A stretch of 53,703 nt of DNA, taken from NCBI GenBank assembly GCA_947625265.1, contig CANQNM010000002.1, positions 1-53,703 on the forward strand. Direction: 5' to 3'. Below are positions 53,686-53,703 of the stretch, in pieces. Position numbers and translations under genes: made by a program. Numbering within the stretch: position 1 is the stretch's first letter; the number at the start of each line of letters is the position of its first letter. The DNA is from an uncultured Clostridia bacterium (GTDB taxonomy: Bacteria > Bacillota > Clostridia > Oscillospirales > CAG-272). The notes beneath the pieces were generated by a model. It was not told the DNA's origin. It did not search any database and worked only from the letters and a program-made list of their open reading frames with translations.

Positions 53686-53703
53686 ATGAAAGAGTATATC
53701 ACA
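53686..53703 (+). CDS. 5' end of an unidentified gene (MKEYIT...), truncated by the window edge
   Basis: ATG 53686 is preceded by AAAGGAC 10 nt upstream. Only 6 codons are visible, so the product is unknown. Confidence 0.4.

Noticed and set aside
1-53703. The whole window as a composite transposon or mobile island bounded by inverted element copies.
   Set aside because: The cargo is dominated by essential or core genes (argS, tRNAs, ribosomal proteins, nusG, secE, ispE). Two element copies inserted in a chromosome is the more economical reading. No integrase, conjugation or phage genes lie inside.

Overview
This 53.7-kb chromosomal window looks like a Clostridia-type Firmicute. The lineage cues are roughly 50% GC by eye, Prp plus N-extended L27, DegV, an MBOAT/DHHW pair, csoR-copA and ATGA-coupled operons. 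Most of it is housekeeping or accessory metabolism.

Gene content:
- two tRNAs (CAU and Ala-GGC)
- dat-alr-argS
- a DUF2975/XRE pair
- a multidomain flavodiiron-rubredoxin protein
- pssA
- MBOAT plus DHHW
- an AI-2E transporter
- DUF362-ispE-DUF2974
- an OmpR/HK pair followed by ABC ATPase, a 923-aa double-FtsX permease and SanA
- an acyl ligase, ACP and NERD-like trio
- rpmG-secE-nusG-rplK-rplA
- tdh-kbl
- csoR-copA
- tetR, Fe-ADH and ALDH
- degV
- rplJ-rplL, on the strand opposite rplKA
- rplU-prp-rpmA

I see no rRNA, no CRISPR, no phage genes and no recognisable defence island.

The unusual part is the non-coding layer. Intergenic regions are long (300-950 bp) and hold several families of dispersed repeats and degenerate short tandem arrays.
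- The best candidate for something undescribed is an orphan unit at 5375..5631. It has a consensus stable-RNA-like promoter and an intrinsic terminator, and its roughly 200-nt product is built from 18-20-nt units carrying GGA motifs. A related ACAGGA(A/G)G array lies at 5714..5764 and 24218..24331. Together these resemble a CsrB/Rsm-type sponge RNA, which is speculative.
- The window is bracketed by roughly 105-bp inverted repeats that include the promoter, RBS and ATG of an outward-facing gene. This probably reflects a multicopy element.
- copA has an in-frame loss of the TGDN region and a fused CopZ-like C-terminal domain that keeps its own SD and ATG.
- A perfect TetR-type palindrome occurs twice.

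All functional calls rest on motifs I recognised by eye. No searches were run.
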